DNA from: Treponemataceae bacterium
GTDB taxonomy: Bacteria > Spirochaetota > Spirochaetia > Treponematales > Rectinemataceae
Assembly (NCBI GenBank): GCA_963678065.2
Contig: CAXXVZ010000003.1
Coordinates: 1,664,001 to 1,728,000 of the forward strand
Length of the DNA stretch: 64,000 nucleotides
Direction of reading: 5' to 3'
The first letter of the stretch is position 1; each line of letters opens with the position of its first letter. Below are positions 9,161-19,337 of the stretch, in pieces. The notes under the pieces are model-generated. The model saw only the letters and a program-made list of their open reading frames with translations. It ran no database searches and was not told where the DNA came from. A program made the position numbers and the translations under genes.

Positions 9161-9691
9161 ATGGGTATCAGGGGCGAACTCTTCTCGACACGGGTCAGCT
9201 GTGAGGGACGAACCTATTTCTTCAATGTCAAGCAGAACAGGATGGGCGATGTCTTTCTCAGTATCGTAGAGAGCAAACCCACCGAACCCGAAACCTTCGA
9301 CCGCCGGTCCATCGTCGTGTTCGGAAGCGACGTGAAGCCCTTCATCAAGGCCTTTCAGACAGCCCTCAGTTTCATGGAAAAGCCCAAGGAGGCCTCCCGC
9401 CCCTTGAGCTTCCATCCCGCTGACCCGATGCCGCCCAGAAAAATCCAGAAGCGGGTAAAAATCGGGGGCGCGGAAGCCGGAGAAGCGAGGGATGAGTCCG
9501 GCCAGAATCCTGCGGCCGCGAACCCCGAAGCCTCTCATGGGGCCGGGGCGAAGGCCGGGATATCGGTCCCTTCCCCGCTTGCCGGGGCCCTGCCCGAAAA
9601 GAAGCGTCGAATTGTCGTGAAACGCGCAAAGCCGAAGACCGGAAACCCCGGGGAAAATCAGGAAAAAACCGAAACCGGCGAAGGGGACTGA
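9161..9691 (+). CDS. PUR-domain nucleic-acid-binding protein (DUF3276/BpuR-like) with low-complexity tail
   Basis: MGIRGELFS...RTYFFNVKQNRMGDVFLSIVESK...FDRRSIVVF. Confidence 0.82.
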   Translation: MGIRGELFSTRVSCEGRTYFFNVKQNRMGDVFLSIVESKPTEPETFDRRSIVVFGSDVKPFIKAFQTALSFMEKPKEASRPLSFHPADPMPPRKIQKRVKIGGAEAGEARDESGQNPAAANPEASHGAGAKAGISVPSPLAGALPEKKRRIVVKRAKPKTGNPGENQEKTETGEGD

Positions 9692-9743
9692 AAACGCTTC
9701 CCTCCGCGGACGCCGGCATGCCGGCGCCGCGACTGCCTTCGCT

Positions 9744-10391
9744 TCACGCCCCGAAATGAAAACTCCTCCTCTGTATCGGCGAAGGACCGTAGTGGATGCA
9801 GCGGGCCCTGTGATCTTCTGTCGGATAGCCCTTGTGCTTTTTGTAGCCGTATTCGGGGAAGAGTTCGTCGAATCGCAGCATCACCCTGTCCCGCATGACC
9901 TTGGCGACGATGCTCGCCGCCATGATCGCCGGCACGATGGCGTCTCCGCCGATGACTGGAATGACGCGTACAACTCTCCGGCCGGCATCGCCCGCTACAG
10001 ACCCTTCCTTATAGGGAGAAAGATCGGGGACCTTGTTGCCGTCCACATAGACAGTGCCGGGAAGTAGGGGCAGGGAGAAATATGCCCGGCGCATGGCAAG
10101 AAGCGTGGCGCGAAGGATGTTGAGCCTGTCGATCTCCTCGTGAGAGGACCAGCCCGCCGACCAGGCCAGAGCATTTCCAAGGATCTCCGCGAAAGCCCGT
10201 TCACGGCGCCGCTCCGTGAGGGCCTTGGAGTCGCCGAGCAGTTCAAGGGGAAAACCGTCTCCGAGGATGACGCAGGCGGCCGTGACGGGACCGGCCAGAG
10301 GTCCCCTCCCCGCCTCGTCGATGCCGCAGAGTTCCGGACCGACAGGCGGCCCCTCCGGGAAATCCGATGCCCTGAGTATTCTTTCCCTCAC
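9744..10391 (-). CDS. rnhB: Ribonuclease HII
   Basis: GIDEAGRGPLAGPV, DSKAL, AASIVAKV, HKGYPT; GTG start overlapping the upstream stop assumed. Confidence 0.92.
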   Translation of the reverse strand: MRERILRASDFPEGPPVGPELCGIDEAGRGPLAGPVTAACVILGDGFPLELLGDSKALTERRRERAFAEILGNALAWSAGWSSHEEIDRLNILRATLLAMRRAYFSLPLLPGTVYVDGNKVPDLSPYKEGSVAGDAGRRVVRVIPVIGGDAIVPAIMAASIVAKVMRDRVMLRFDELFPEYGYKKHKGYPTEDHRARCIHYGPSPIQRRSFHFGA

Positions 10392-11293
10392 CGCGGTTTT
10401 TTCCTCCCGGTTCCCGCCAGCCGATAATAATGCGCGGCGTAGTCTCCGGCCTGCGCGAACCCGAGTCCCCCGTACAGGGCGATGGCCGGCGCATTGCCCT
10501 TCTTCACATACAGGACCGTCTTCCGTCCCCGGATCAGACCGTCGCGGCAGAGGCGGCTGACCAAGGCTCGCGCGATTCCCCTCCCTCGGTATCCGGGAAG
10601 GGTGTAGACGCCGCCGATCTGGTCGAACCAAAGCCCTTGGGCGGTAGTCTGAGCTTTCCCGACCATCGTTCCGTTCAGAAAAGCGACGAGGAGGACTTGG
10701 GAACGGAGGGAGTCCACAAGACGGCGCTGGAGACTGGATATTTCGGGATAACCTTGTCCAGCATAGACTTCTTCTATTTCATAGGCGTTCTGGAGCCGAA
10801 AGATATCCCCGAAATCAGAATCCCGGGCCGGTCTGACGAGGAGTCCTTCCACGGCCGGAAGATCTCCTGAAACAGGAAAGTCCGCGAGTTCGAGAAGATG
10901 GTAGTCGACGATGGTCGTTGGAACCAGCCCCGTGGCGGCTTCCATCCTGACGACATGATCCTTCAGTCCGAGGGCTGCGGCGATGACTGTCCCCGAAGAC
11001 GCGAGAAAACCGCCGAGAGCCCGGTCCGAGGCGGGATCTCCGGGCAGGACGGGAAAAACAGGATGCCCGGGACCGCAGAGGACGGCACCTTCGACCCTGC
11101 CCGCGCCATCGGCGGCGAGCCAGAGCCTCTCCCGCGCGTCAGGCAGGCTGAAGACCCGGCCTGACCGGAGCAGTCGCGAGGACAGTCCGACGCAGATCCT
11201 CTCGTTCCCGGAGAGAAAGGCCCCGAGCGAGTCCGGGACGCCCTGCCCCTCCTCGCCCTGCCCGGCGGCGCGCCAGGTTATCCCGGCTGTCAC
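10388..11293 (-). CDS. GNAT family N-acetyltransferase
   Basis: QIGGVYTLPGYRGRGIA and NAPAIALYGGLGF motifs; start uncertain. Confidence 0.8.
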   Translation of the reverse strand: MTAGITWRAAGQGEEGQGVPDSLGAFLSGNERICVGLSSRLLRSGRVFSLPDARERLWLAADGAGRVEGAVLCGPGHPVFPVLPGDPASDRALGGFLASSGTVIAAALGLKDHVVRMEAATGLVPTTIVDYHLLELADFPVSGDLPAVEGLLVRPARDSDFGDIFRLQNAYEIEEVYAGQGYPEISSLQRRLVDSLRSQVLLVAFLNGTMVGKAQTTAQGLWFDQIGGVYTLPGYRGRGIARALVSRLCRDGLIRGRKTVLYVKKGNAPAIALYGGLGFAQAGDYAAHYYRLAGTGRKKPR

Positions 11294-11312
11294 GGAAGAT
11301 CCGCAATCTTCG

Positions 11313-13034
11313 TCATGGCCGGACTTGAGCCTTGCGGATGACGACCGGAAGGCTTCCCTGCGCGCGGGCCTTTCCGGAGATGACATCGAGCCCCGCGAGG
11401 AGGCTCGGCGCGGTATCGCTGTAGACCGCGACCACGGCGGCGCTTTCGGGAATACCCGCCGCCCAGACAGGCGAGTCGGCGGACAGGGCGGCCACCTTCG
11501 CTCCCGATTCGAGGGCGGCGCGCGCGAAATCCGCGCCTGCCTCGTTCGCCACGCAGACGATGACGGCGCTCGCGCCGACGATTGCGGCGCGGAAAGCCTC
11601 GAGCTCCTTCGGCTTCGCCGCGTCCAGGGGGCGGTAGGAGAAGCGGAATGTCGTCGCGTCGGGATAATAGGGATGGGCCAGATCGAAGAACTCCGCGAAG
11701 GGCGATGCCAGGACGATGCCCTTGGCCGGCAGAAAAGGAAGAAGCTTCCCGCCTGAGAGGAGAGTCGCCGCGCGGAGGCCCTGATCGCGGAAAAAGGCCG
11801 CGCCCTCGCGGTCGGGCACGAGTCCGGGGACTTTCGCGGGATCGGGGACGAGGGATCCCCCTCTGTAGTTTTTCAGGTAGCGCAGTTTGACCCCGATGAT
11901 CCTCGCGGCGGCCTCCTCAAGTCTTGCGCGGAAACGGGGATCCGAGCCGCAGGCCGCGACGAGAGTGGTCCAGAGCTCCTCGTTCCACTCGACGAGGCGG
12001 GAAACCATGATCATGTCGTTGCCGGCCTCGAGGGCTTGCCGGGCTCTCGTCCCCTCGCCTGCGCTCCCGGCCCCCTGCATGTAAAGGTCGTCCGTGACAG
12101 CCATTCCCCTGAAGCCGAGTTCCGTGCGGAGGATATCAGTCATGAAAAGCTTCGAGAGGGAAGAGGGCCCACCGCGCGGATCGATGGCTGGAAAGGAAAG
12201 ATGCCCCGCCATGACCGCGGGGATGCCTTCTGCGATGAGGGCGGAGAAGGGCACGAGCTCGCGCGCGCGGAGGGTTTTTGCGTCGATCCGGATGACGGGC
12301 AGCCTGCCGTGCGAATCGGTGAGCGTGTCGCCATGGCCCGGAAAATGCTTGGCCGTGGCGACGATCCCCGCCTCGGCGAGGCCCCGGGCGTAGGCTACCC
12401 CGAGAGCCGCGGTCTTTCCGGGATCGTCTGAGAAGGCGCGCGGTCCTATGATAAAACTGTCGGGGCGGGTCGCGAGATCGACGACGGGCGCGAAGTTCAT
12501 GTTGACGCCCATGGCCGCGAGTTCCCTGCCTATGTAGAAAGCGCTTCGCCGCGCATCCTCGGCGCTGCCGGTCGCGCCGATGGCCATGTTCCCCGGAGTC
12601 TGCGAGGTCGAACCTTTTATATGGCGGACCGTGCCGCCCTCCTGGTCCGTCGCGACGAGGAGCGGTATGCCGCGCCCGCTCCCGAGCGCGGCCTTCTGAA
12701 GGGTGGCGACGGCCGACGCGAGCCTGACGGTGTCCGCGCCGTTCCAGCCGAATATCTTGATTCCCCCGAGATGGCGGAGGCGTATCCAGTCCATGAGGGC
12801 GGAGGGCGGCGTTTCGCCGGGCCAGGTCATCATGAGAACCTGGCCGACCAGCTCCTCATCCCTCATGTCCTCCGCGATGGCCCGGGCCATCGCGGCCGGG
12901 TCGCCTGAGTCGCCGAACGCGGGGTGTCGACCAGCCGGCCCCGCATCCGCCCCGGACAGGGCCGAAGCGGACAAGGCTGCGAGGACAAAGGCGAGGATGA
13001 GGGGAAGCAGGCGCCGGGACTGGAGAGGGAGCAT
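11313..13034 (-). CDS. GH3 beta-N-acetylhexosaminidase (NagZ-like), secreted
   Basis: Signal peptide; DQEGG, KHFPGHGDTLTDSH, VTDDLYM. Confidence 0.88.
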   Translation of the reverse strand: MLPLQSRRLLPLILAFVLAALSASALSGADAGPAGRHPAFGDSGDPAAMARAIAEDMRDEELVGQVLMMTWPGETPPSALMDWIRLRHLGGIKIFGWNGADTVRLASAVATLQKAALGSGRGIPLLVATDQEGGTVRHIKGSTSQTPGNMAIGATGSAEDARRSAFYIGRELAAMGVNMNFAPVVDLATRPDSFIIGPRAFSDDPGKTAALGVAYARGLAEAGIVATAKHFPGHGDTLTDSHGRLPVIRIDAKTLRARELVPFSALIAEGIPAVMAGHLSFPAIDPRGGPSSLSKLFMTDILRTELGFRGMAVTDDLYMQGAGSAGEGTRARQALEAGNDMIMVSRLVEWNEELWTTLVAACGSDPRFRARLEEAAARIIGVKLRYLKNYRGGSLVPDPAKVPGLVPDREGAAFFRDQGLRAATLLSGGKLLPFLPAKGIVLASPFAEFFDLAHPYYPDATTFRFSYRPLDAAKPKELEAFRAAIVGASAVIVCVANEAGADFARAALESGAKVAALSADSPVWAAGIPESAAVVAVYSDTAPSLLAGLDVISGKARAQGSLPVVIRKAQVRP

Positions 13035-13035
13035 C

Positions 13036-13971
13036 CTAGCGGTAGGATTCGCCCCGGAGCTCGTCGATGTACTGGGCGGCGGAATGGGCCGCGATGGCGC
13101 CGTCCGAACATGCGGTGACGATCTGCCGGAAGGGGCTGACCCTGACATCTCCGGCGGCGAAGAGTCCCGGAACGCTCGTAGCCATCTTCTCGTCGGTGAC
13201 GAGAGAGCCGGATTCGTCCTTTATCGCGTCGGGGACAAGGGAGGTCTGGGGATCGGAGCCGACAAAGACGAAGACAGCGTCCATGGCCTCCTCGTAGCTC
13301 TCGCCTGTATCGAGGCGCCGCAAGAGGACAGATCCGACCTTTTTCTCTCCCCTGATCTCTTCGACGACCGTGTTGAAGCGGACATCGATGGAGGGGTTGA
13401 CGAGTATGCGCGCGGCGAGGGAGCGCTGGGCTCTGAAGCGGTCCTTGCGGTGCACCATGACGAGGGTCGGAGTGAGTTTCGCGAGGAACATAGCCTCGTC
13501 GCAGGCCGCGTCTCCCCCGCCGACGAGGAGAATCTTCTTTCCCTTGAAGAAGGGGCCGTCGCAGGTCGCACAGTAGGAGACACCCTTTCCCGCGAGTCTC
13601 TCCTCGCCCGGAACGCCGAGGTGACGGTGGCGGGCTCCCGTGGCCAGGATGACGGCGGGGGCTGTCAATGGCCCCTCTGTCGTGTCGACGAGGAAGGACT
13701 TCCCTTCCTTTTTAAGGGAGAGGACCGAGGCGGTCACAAAGGAGGCGCCGAAGGTTTCGGCCTGTTCCTGCATTGCGGCGGCGAACTCGAAACCGCTCAG
13801 GGGTTTCGCGAATCCGGGATAGTTTTCTAGGCCGTCAATCAGGAGGGCCTGACCGCCGGGCGCCATCTCCTCAACCAGCGCGGTCCGGAGATTGGCCCTC
13901 GCTCCGTACTGCGCCGCGGTGAGTCCGGCCGCGCCGCCTCCGATGATGACAAGGTCATACTCTCTGTCCAT
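13036..13971 (-). CDS. trxB: Thioredoxin-disulfide reductase
   Basis: GGGAAG, GVSYCATCDG, GGGDAA, FAAGDV. Confidence 0.95.
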   Translation of the reverse strand: MDREYDLVIIGGGAAGLTAAQYGARANLRTALVEEMAPGGQALLIDGLENYPGFAKPLSGFEFAAAMQEQAETFGASFVTASVLSLKKEGKSFLVDTTEGPLTAPAVILATGARHRHLGVPGEERLAGKGVSYCATCDGPFFKGKKILLVGGGDAACDEAMFLAKLTPTLVMVHRKDRFRAQRSLAARILVNPSIDVRFNTVVEEIRGEKKVGSVLLRRLDTGESYEEAMDAVFVFVGSDPQTSLVPDAIKDESGSLVTDEKMATSVPGLFAAGDVRVSPFRQIVTACSDGAIAAHSAAQYIDELRGESYR

Positions 13972-14041
13972 TGTTTTCTCCTGCGGGAAAGAAGCGCGCG
14001 AAGAACGCGGCGCCGGTGTTACTATAATACCATCGGAAGGC

Positions 14042-15217
14042 TCAGGATGGAAATCGGAGGATGACGGTCGTACCCTCTCCGGAAAACCGCTCGAGTTTCC
14101 CGTGAAGCTGCATGGCGAGGGCCCTGACGAGGTCGTTGCCTATTCCTGGTCTGGCTGAGGCCGCGGATTCTCCCTCAGGCCCCGTTCCGGTGCCTGCCTC
14201 GGCGGCAGCTCCGGCGCCGGAGCCGCGCGTCTCCCCCGAAGCCCGGTCCACGATCCTGTCCTTCAGTCCGAGGACCCACTCGTCGCCGTCCCTGTTCAGC
14301 GCAACGCGGATTTCCCCTGGAATCCCTGCCCTGAAAGCGTACTTGTAGGAATTGGATATGAGTTCGTTGACGATGAGGGCGAGCGTGACGGCCTGATCCA
14401 CGCCGAGCACGCAGGGATCGGTCTCTATCACAGTCTGAATGTCTCTCCGGCCGCCCTCGTAGATTTCAGACAGGTACCAGGCCAGCCGGGACAGGTAGGA
14501 CTTCATGTCGACGCCGGTGAGGCTCTCCCGCTTGTAGAGGGCCTCGTGGACCATGGCCATCGACTGGATCTGGGTTCTGCAGTCCTGGAAGACGCGGCGG
14601 GCATCGGGGTCGACTATCTCGGATTCATGGAGGCTCAGGAGGCTCGACACGACCTGGAGGTTGTTCTTGACCCGGTGGTGCACCTCCCTGAGGAGGACGT
14701 CCCGCGCTTCCAGGGCTTCCTTGAGGGCTTTCTCCCTCGCCTTCGCCTCGGTCACATCTCTGATGATGCCGACCGTGCACAGCGAGTTTCCCGCGATTCC
14801 GGGGAAGGGAAGCTGTCCGCCATCCACCTCGCCGTAGGCGTTGACTGAGCCATAGCGCAGGGCCGATCCCTCTTTGCCGACGAGGCGGACTTCCAGATTC
14901 CGCGTCATTCGTGAGCCGGAACGCCGTTCATCGAAGAGCTTGGGCGACCTCTCGTCGCCCGTCACGGTGCCTTTCAGAACCTTCAGGACTTCTTCCCTGC
15001 TCACGGCGGCCCTGTCCTCAGGGTGGATGATCTCGCTGAAGTGCTTGCCCAGAAGGGTCTCGGGGGCGAATCCGAGGCTCGCCGCCGCATCGTTGAGATA
15101 GACGAAACACCCTTTGTCGTCGAGGACATAGACGATGTCGGGTATTGCGCGGACGAGGTTGAGGTACATGTGACCCAAAAGTTCCCTGTCGTCCGGCCGG
15201 TCGCTGGCGTCGTCCAT
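14042..15217 (-). CDS. PAS-domain sensor histidine kinase (HisKA_2 type)
   Basis: PAS (IHPEDR), H box LLREVHHRVKNNLQ, N box ELISNSYKYAF; atypical G1 box. Confidence 0.85.
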   Translation of the reverse strand: MDDASDRPDDRELLGHMYLNLVRAIPDIVYVLDDKGCFVYLNDAAASLGFAPETLLGKHFSEIIHPEDRAAVSREEVLKVLKGTVTGDERSPKLFDERRSGSRMTRNLEVRLVGKEGSALRYGSVNAYGEVDGGQLPFPGIAGNSLCTVGIIRDVTEAKAREKALKEALEARDVLLREVHHRVKNNLQVVSSLLSLHESEIVDPDARRVFQDCRTQIQSMAMVHEALYKRESLTGVDMKSYLSRLAWYLSEIYEGGRRDIQTVIETDPCVLGVDQAVTLALIVNELISNSYKYAFRAGIPGEIRVALNRDGDEWVLGLKDRIVDRASGETRGSGAGAAAEAGTGTGPEGESAASARPGIGNDLVRALAMQLHGKLERFSGEGTTVILRFPS

Positions 15218-15312
15218 GGATGGAGTGTAGGGCCCGCACCGTCATGCCGTCAATCGCGGTGCCGCATCCTGACCGCAAACTGCCATATTGATGGGATGGT
15301 CCGCGCGGGTCT

Positions 15313-16173
15313 ATGATTCCCCGCGTGAAATCGAACTACCACACGCATTCGACATTCTGCGACGGCAAGGCCGACGCCGCGACGATGGCGCAGGCCGCCC
15401 ATGACGCAGGCTACGACATACTCGGGTTCTCGTCCCACGCCCCCCTTCCCTTCGAAACGAGCTGGAACCTTCCCACCTCGAAGGCCGAAGACTACCGCGC
15501 GGAGATCCGGAGACTTGAGAAAGAGTGGAAGCCGAAGGGGCTCGAAATCCTCCTCGGACTGGAGATTGACTGGATCGAGGGACAGTCCTCATCGGCAGAC
15601 CACCGCTTCGACCCCCTCGGACTCGACTTCAAGCTCGGATCCACACACTTCGTGAAGCCGGGAACCGGAGAGCCATTCGCGGTCGACGAGCCGGAAAAGG
15701 CGTTTCTAGAGCACCTCGATCGCGAGGCGGGCGGCGACTACCGCAGCGTGTACCGGCACTACTACCGCAACCTGTCCTCTATGATACTGGAGGGCGGATT
15801 CGACATACTTGGTCATTTCGACCTTGTCCGGAAGAACAACAGGAACGGAGTCTTCTTCGACGAGGAGGGGCACGATTACCTTTCCGCCGCCATGGAGGCC
15901 GCCGAGCTCCTTTCCGGACGGGATTTTGTCGTCGAGGTGAACACGGGCGGCATGGCGCGGGGAAAGACGCGCACTCCCTATCCCTCGCTCGCCATCATGA
16001 AGCGCCTGAAGAAGATGGAGATCAGGATCACGTTCTGCGACGACGCCCACTCGCCGGCCCACTTCGGAAAGCACTGGAATGACGCGAAATCGCTGGCCCA
16101 GGCCGCGGGCTTCCGGAGCATCGCTATTTTTTCCAAAGGGATCTGGAGCGAGCGGGACATCGACGAAATCTGA
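15313..16173 (+). CDS. PHP-family histidinol-phosphatase (HisJ/HisK type)
   Basis: NYHTHSTFCDG, GFSSHAP, GLEID, GHFDL, DDAH. Confidence 0.85.
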   Translation: MIPRVKSNYHTHSTFCDGKADAATMAQAAHDAGYDILGFSSHAPLPFETSWNLPTSKAEDYRAEIRRLEKEWKPKGLEILLGLEIDWIEGQSSSADHRFDPLGLDFKLGSTHFVKPGTGEPFAVDEPEKAFLEHLDREAGGDYRSVYRHYYRNLSSMILEGGFDILGHFDLVRKNNRNGVFFDEEGHDYLSAAMEAAELLSGRDFVVEVNTGGMARGKTRTPYPSLAIMKRLKKMEIRITFCDDAHSPAHFGKHWNDAKSLAQAAGFRSIAIFSKGIWSERDIDEI

Positions 16174-16306
16174 GCGGAGCGTTCGGACTCGGGACTGCCG
16201 GACACCGCACGCGGGACCCACGCAAGGCACAGCTACCCGCGGCGGGATCCCGGCTTCCCGGGCTCCGCGCGCCCGGGTACGCGAGAGACTTGCCCTTCCT
16301 GACATG

Positions 16307-16346
16307 AAAAAAGGCTCAGGGCCTCCACACGGGGAGTCTTAAGCCT
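16307..16346 (-). terminator. Intrinsic terminator downstream of dksA
   Basis: Imperfect stem AGGCTTAAGACTCC...GGAGGCCCTGAGCCT followed by TTTTT on the minus strand. Confidence 0.6.
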
Positions 16347-16376
16347 GCGCTGTTCCCGGCAACTTTGTGGCTCAAC

Positions 16377-16733
16377 TTATCTGTTGCGTCGCTCCTCGCC
16401 TTTCTGACACTCGATGCACAGCACGGCGTAGGGGATGGCGATGAGGCGCTCCTGGGGTATCTTCTTGTTGCACTTCATGCACTGACCGTACCTGCCCTGG
16501 TTGATGCGCGAGAGGGCCGCGTCGATGGCCTTCAGGCGCTTGATCTCCTGACTGCCCAGCGCCTCGATCATCTTCCGGTCGATATCGTCGGAAGCCACGT
16601 CGGCGAAATCTTTGGGATCCATCTCCTCGACTATGGCGCGAAAATCCGCGTTCGTCGCGACAAGTGTATCGAGGATAACCTTTTTCTGGGCAACCAGCGA
16701 GTCCCACATCTGTTCGGAAAAACTCTTGTCCAT
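16377..16733 (-). CDS. dksA: DksA/TraR RNA-polymerase-binding zinc-finger protein
   Basis: Coiled-coil tip DxxDxA (DFADVA), C4 finger CMKC...CIEC; AGGAGG RBS. Confidence 0.88.
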   Translation of the reverse strand: MDKSFSEQMWDSLVAQKKVILDTLVATNADFRAIVEEMDPKDFADVASDDIDRKMIEALGSQEIKRLKAIDAALSRINQGRYGQCMKCNKKIPQERLIAIPYAVLCIECQKGEERRNR

Positions 16734-16871
16734 TGAAAATCCTCCTTGACCACCCTTCATGCGATTTCCGATCCGGGTCCGGCACCATGATCCATCCGCA
16801 AAAAAAAGTCAATCGGTATGCAATGCCCCCGGGAAGACCATGCAAAGCCAGGCGCGGCCCCGCGGTCACGG

Positions 16872-16900
16872 TTGACATTCAAGCCCATAGTACATACTAT
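16872..16900 (+). promoter_or_regulatory. Putative sigma70 promoter of infA
   Basis: TTGACA-17 nt-TACTAT. Confidence 0.65.
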
Positions 16901-16967
16901 TTTATGCGATCGCGAGAATAAAGCAAATTTCGCAACGCGAATTTCCCAAGTTTTCCAAGGAGAAACC

Positions 16968-17189
16968 GTGGCCAAAGAAGAAGCCATCGAAGTAGAAGGC
17001 ATTGTCCGGGAATCTCTTCCCAACACGATGTTCCGGGTGGAGCTCCAGAACGGCGGCCACATCATCCTCGCCCACCTCTCAGGCAAGATGCGCAAGCATT
17101 ATATCCGCATCGTTCCCGGCGATAAAGTCAAGGTCGCGCTTTCCCCCTACGATCTTTCCCGTGGCAGAATCATCTACCGCGAAAAATAA
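16968..17189 (+). CDS. infA: Translation initiation factor IF-1
   Basis: [11 protein letters not shown]...[10 protein letters not shown]...[45 protein letters not shown]. Confidence 0.97.
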   Translation: MAKEEAIEVEGIVRESLPNTMFRVELQNGGHIILAHLSGKMRKHYIRIVPGDKVKVALSPYDLSRGRIIYREK

Positions 17190-17812
17190 CCCGCCTTCCT
17201 GATCCGCACCCATGTCGCTCCCCGGCCTCCAAGCGACCGGTGGGCGGTGCCGTGACTACCCGCGAGGGGACTCGATTCGAGCACCTTCCTGACCACACCT
17301 GCAAGTATCGGCCCTTCCGCGGAATGGTTTCCCTTCCCGTGGACGATGAGCACATTCTCGAGTCCGCGCCGCGAACACTGGGCCAAAAAATCAAACACAG
17401 CCTTTTCGGCATCCGCCGAGCTGAGCCCGTGCAGGTCGAGCCGCGCCTGCGGCGCGCGCATGCTCATCTCCCGGCCGGAAACGGACCCGCCCTGATCTTC
17501 TTTCTCCCTCTCCGCGCCTGAATCCTTGTCCTCGACGCCATGGCCGGCAAGCCAGGCCTCGAGGGTGGAGTGGGCGTCACCCTCGCCCTGAGCCCGGTTC
17601 CTTTCAGGATTCATCCCTTCGGGATTCATTTTTTCAGGATTCATCCCTTCGGGATGGCGGGCTTTCAGGGATTTTTCGAGCGAAGGCGCGTTGGCTTTTT
17701 TTCCGCCGGACGCCGGCCTCTCTCCGTCCTTACCTCCCCGCCTTGTGCCCGCACCTTCCCTTTTCGCCTTTTCGAGGGCTTCCCACCTGTCGAGAATATC
17801 TTTGAAATCCAT
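17174..17812 (-). CDS. Smr domain protein
   Basis: [22 protein letters not shown]. Confidence 0.88.
   Translation of the reverse strand: MDFKDILDRWEALEKAKREGAGTRRGGKDGERPASGGKKANAPSLEKSLKARHPEGMNPEKMNPEGMNPERNRAQGEGDAHSTLEAWLAGHGVEDKDSGAEREKEDQGGSVSGREMSMRAPQARLDLHGLSSADAEKAVFDFLAQCSRRGLENVLIVHGKGNHSAEGPILAGVVRKVLESSPLAGSHGTAHRSLGGRGATWVRIRKAGYFSR
17603..17656. repeat. 15-bp tandem repeat (about 3.6 units) within the smr gene
   Basis: TTCAGGATTCATCCC/TTCGGGATTCATTTT/TTCAGGATTCATCCC/TTCGGGATG, encoding (H/N)PE(G/K)M repeats. Confidence 0.8.
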
Positions 17813-18039
17813 CACCGATCGTTCCGATTCATGATTTTCCACCATAGCACATCGATTCTTTTTTATTCGACTCCCGACCAATATCTATTTTTATTTATAT
17901 TCATTTTCATTCATCATATTGAAAACACCCAGATGATGGTGCGGACCGGGAAGGGATGGGAGTTCCGCCGCTATGCGCCTTGGCACCCTTGCGCCCTTGC
18001 GTTGCCCCGCTTTAGGGACTATTTTTAGAGTCGGAGCCC

Positions 18040-19308
18040 ATGATGCGCAGTGCACGCCGATACACCCCGACCAACTCTCGCTTCTTCACAACCCTTGTCC
18101 GCTGGACATACGGTATCTGGCTGAGGCTCGCATACAACATCCAGGTGGTCGGCCTGGACAGGGTGCGGAATCTCCACCCCCCATTCGTCCTCGTCGGCAA
18201 CCACACGAACATACTCGATCCTTTCATACTGAACGCCATCATCCCGCACCCGATCCACTGGGTCACGAGCGACGGCAACATGAGGAAGCCGCTCATCCGC
18301 TTTCTTCTCCTCAAGCTGGTCGGATCCATCCCGAAATCCAAGGCTATTCCCGACATCGAGACGGTCAACTGGATCGTCGAGGTTATCCGGAAAAAGAGGG
18401 GCGTCGTCGGCCTCTTCCCCGAAGGACAGGCGAGCTGGGATGGCTGCACCATCCCCTCCTATCATTCCACAGCCAAGCTCCTCAAAATCCTGAAGGCCCC
18501 TGTTCTCCTCGGAAAGACCCAGGGCGGCTATCTTTCTTTGCCCCGCTGGACGAAGTTCCGGCGCAGGGGCAGAATCATCCTCGACTTTTCGATCCTCTTC
18601 ACGCCCGAAGAGCTCAAGATCCTCTCGCCCGACGGGATATACGCCAGACTCGAGGCGGGACTTTTCCACGACGAGACGGCCTGGGAGGAAAAAAACCGCA
18701 TCGCTTTTGCCCACCCGCGGCGCGCCGAGAACCTCGAACTCGCCCTCTTCATGTGTCCTTCCTGTTCCTCCGTCGCGACGATGAGGAGTTCCGGCGACCG
18801 GTTCTTCTGTAGCTCCTGCGGTCTCGGACTTCGGTTCGACGCGTACGGCCGCCTCTCCGCTCCGGAAGAGGAGGGGCGGGAGTCCGGGAATCCGACAGGA
18901 AGCCAAGGCGCATCGACACCCGCGACCGTCCGCGAGTGGGAGGCCTGGCAGCGGAAGGCATTCCGCGAGTACGTCCTCCAAGCGGCGGCGAAAGGGAATG
19001 AGACTCCACTGCTCTCCTCCGAAAACGTCAGGCTCTCGCGGGGCTGGAGGATGGAAAGGATGAAGGATATCGGACGCGGACGCCTCGCCCTGTACCGGGA
19101 CAGACTCGATTTCACTCCCGGAACGGGCCCCGCGCTGTCCATTCCCGCGGCCGATATCGAGGGACCGGGGGTCCTCAAGAAAAACCTCTTCGAATTTTAT
19201 GTAGAAAAATCGGTCTACAGGGCAACATTCCCCGACCTGAGCCACACCGGCAGGTCCTGGGCGGCTGCCCTCGAAATACTCGGCGAAAAGGCGGCTGCCA
19301 GGACCTGA
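18040..19308 (+). CDS. Lysophospholipid acyltransferase (PlsC family) with zinc ribbon and C-terminal extension
   Basis: NHxxxxD (NHTNILD), FPEG, CPSC...CSSC. Confidence 0.85.
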   Translation: MMRSARRYTPTNSRFFTTLVRWTYGIWLRLAYNIQVVGLDRVRNLHPPFVLVGNHTNILDPFILNAIIPHPIHWVTSDGNMRKPLIRFLLLKLVGSIPKSKAIPDIETVNWIVEVIRKKRGVVGLFPEGQASWDGCTIPSYHSTAKLLKILKAPVLLGKTQGGYLSLPRWTKFRRRGRIILDFSILFTPEELKILSPDGIYARLEAGLFHDETAWEEKNRIAFAHPRRAENLELALFMCPSCSSVATMRSSGDRFFCSSCGLGLRFDAYGRLSAPEEEGRESGNPTGSQGASTPATVREWEAWQRKAFREYVLQAAAKGNETPLLSSENVRLSRGWRMERMKDIGRGRLALYRDRLDFTPGTGPALSIPAADIEGPGVLKKNLFEFYVEKSVYRATFPDLSHTGRSWAAALEILGEKAAART

Positions 19309-19337
19309 TCATCCGGACAGGCCGCGGGGAGGAAAAC

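Noticed and set aside
17174..17189. 16-nt convergent overlap of infA and smr
   Set aside because: Short 3' overlaps are common; no evidence of function
17825..17930. AT-rich patch as a replication origin or foreign insert
   Set aside because: Lies between divergent genes and I saw no DnaA-box cluster; most simply a promoter region
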